From Gnetum montanum (lineage: Eukaryota > Plantae > Gnetophyta): a stretch of DNA of 62,202 nucleotides. The stretch spans positions 47,059-109,260 of the forward strand of contig MNCI01000867.1 in assembly GCA_015680685.1 (NCBI GenBank), in the 5' to 3' direction. The notes under the pieces are model-generated. The model saw nothing but the letters and a program-made list of their open reading frames with translations. It made no database searches and was not told where the DNA came from. Positions 61,884 to 62,202 of this stretch are shown piece after piece (the first letter of the stretch is position 1; each line of letters begins with the position of its first letter). The position numbers and the translations under genes are program-made.

Positions 61884-62202
61884 CTACAATCACACGGGGC
61901 CAAGCGTTAGTAATGTTGTTTCTGAAGTTCAGTTATGCCTTTTGGCTTGCCTTAATTAATTTAATTCATTTTATTTCCATGTGATGTTTCCTGGAAGATT
62001 GTAATAGTGAGTCTTGTTACTTAGGTGGTTTTCCAATTTTAGTTTCTTGGTATAGCTAAGGGGATTAAATGATTTTTGGCACATTTTATTCTTAGTTTTA
62101 CAACTAATTACCCTTGATAATGTCCTTTGGGCGATGAAAAATTCCAAAAAGTTATGGGCTATTCGACGTATGTCCCTCCCCCACGACTAAGCTGAACACT
62201 CT

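Larger units (their letters stand above)
58199..62202 (-). mobile_element. Second Athila-type element, 3' half (extra ORF, PPT, 3' LTR); continues beyond window end
   Basis: Extra ORF homologous to 25017-27858; pre-LTR motif GTAACTCAAGGATGAGTTTTCATTCAGTTGTGGGGGTA; LTR TGATA...TCATCA with a U5 end like element 1 (GTAGGGGTACCT...CTCATCA). Confidence 0.93.

Overview
Plant nuclear DNA (AT-rich, large-intron genome; lineage not provable from sequence). The only host gene is an ACTIN-RELATED PROTEIN 7 (ARP7) orthologue on the minus strand. Six in-phase coding exons run from 53172 to 8447 (312 codons), the last exon lies beyond the window start, and the introns are 3-24 kb and filled with transposable elements (TEs). 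TEs found: three decayed L1-clade LINEs (all minus strand); a full-length Athila-type Ty3/gypsy element (15610-29017, GTGTT target-site duplication, tRNA-Asp primer site) apparently nested in an older Athila-like relic; the 3' half of a second, diverged Athila-type element (58199-62202); RTE fragments; an Au-like SINE; a hAT-type MITE with a 41-bp tandem array; and local duplications. Most notable observations: (1) two diverged LINEs both carry, after zf-RVT where RNase H normally sits, a conserved accessory domain, followed by a coiled coil in the copy whose 3' end is visible. Its motif pattern resembles the extra ORF of the neighbouring Athila elements. (2) That ~900-950 aa extra ORF is not env-like and is preceded by an internal TATA promoter that copies the LTR U3 14-bp palindrome array, a 5'-UTR intron and a second polypurine-tract motif. 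(3) Between pol and the extra ORF lie two tandem copies of a three-stem RNA motif with compensatory base changes. All alignments were done by eye and no database searches were run.
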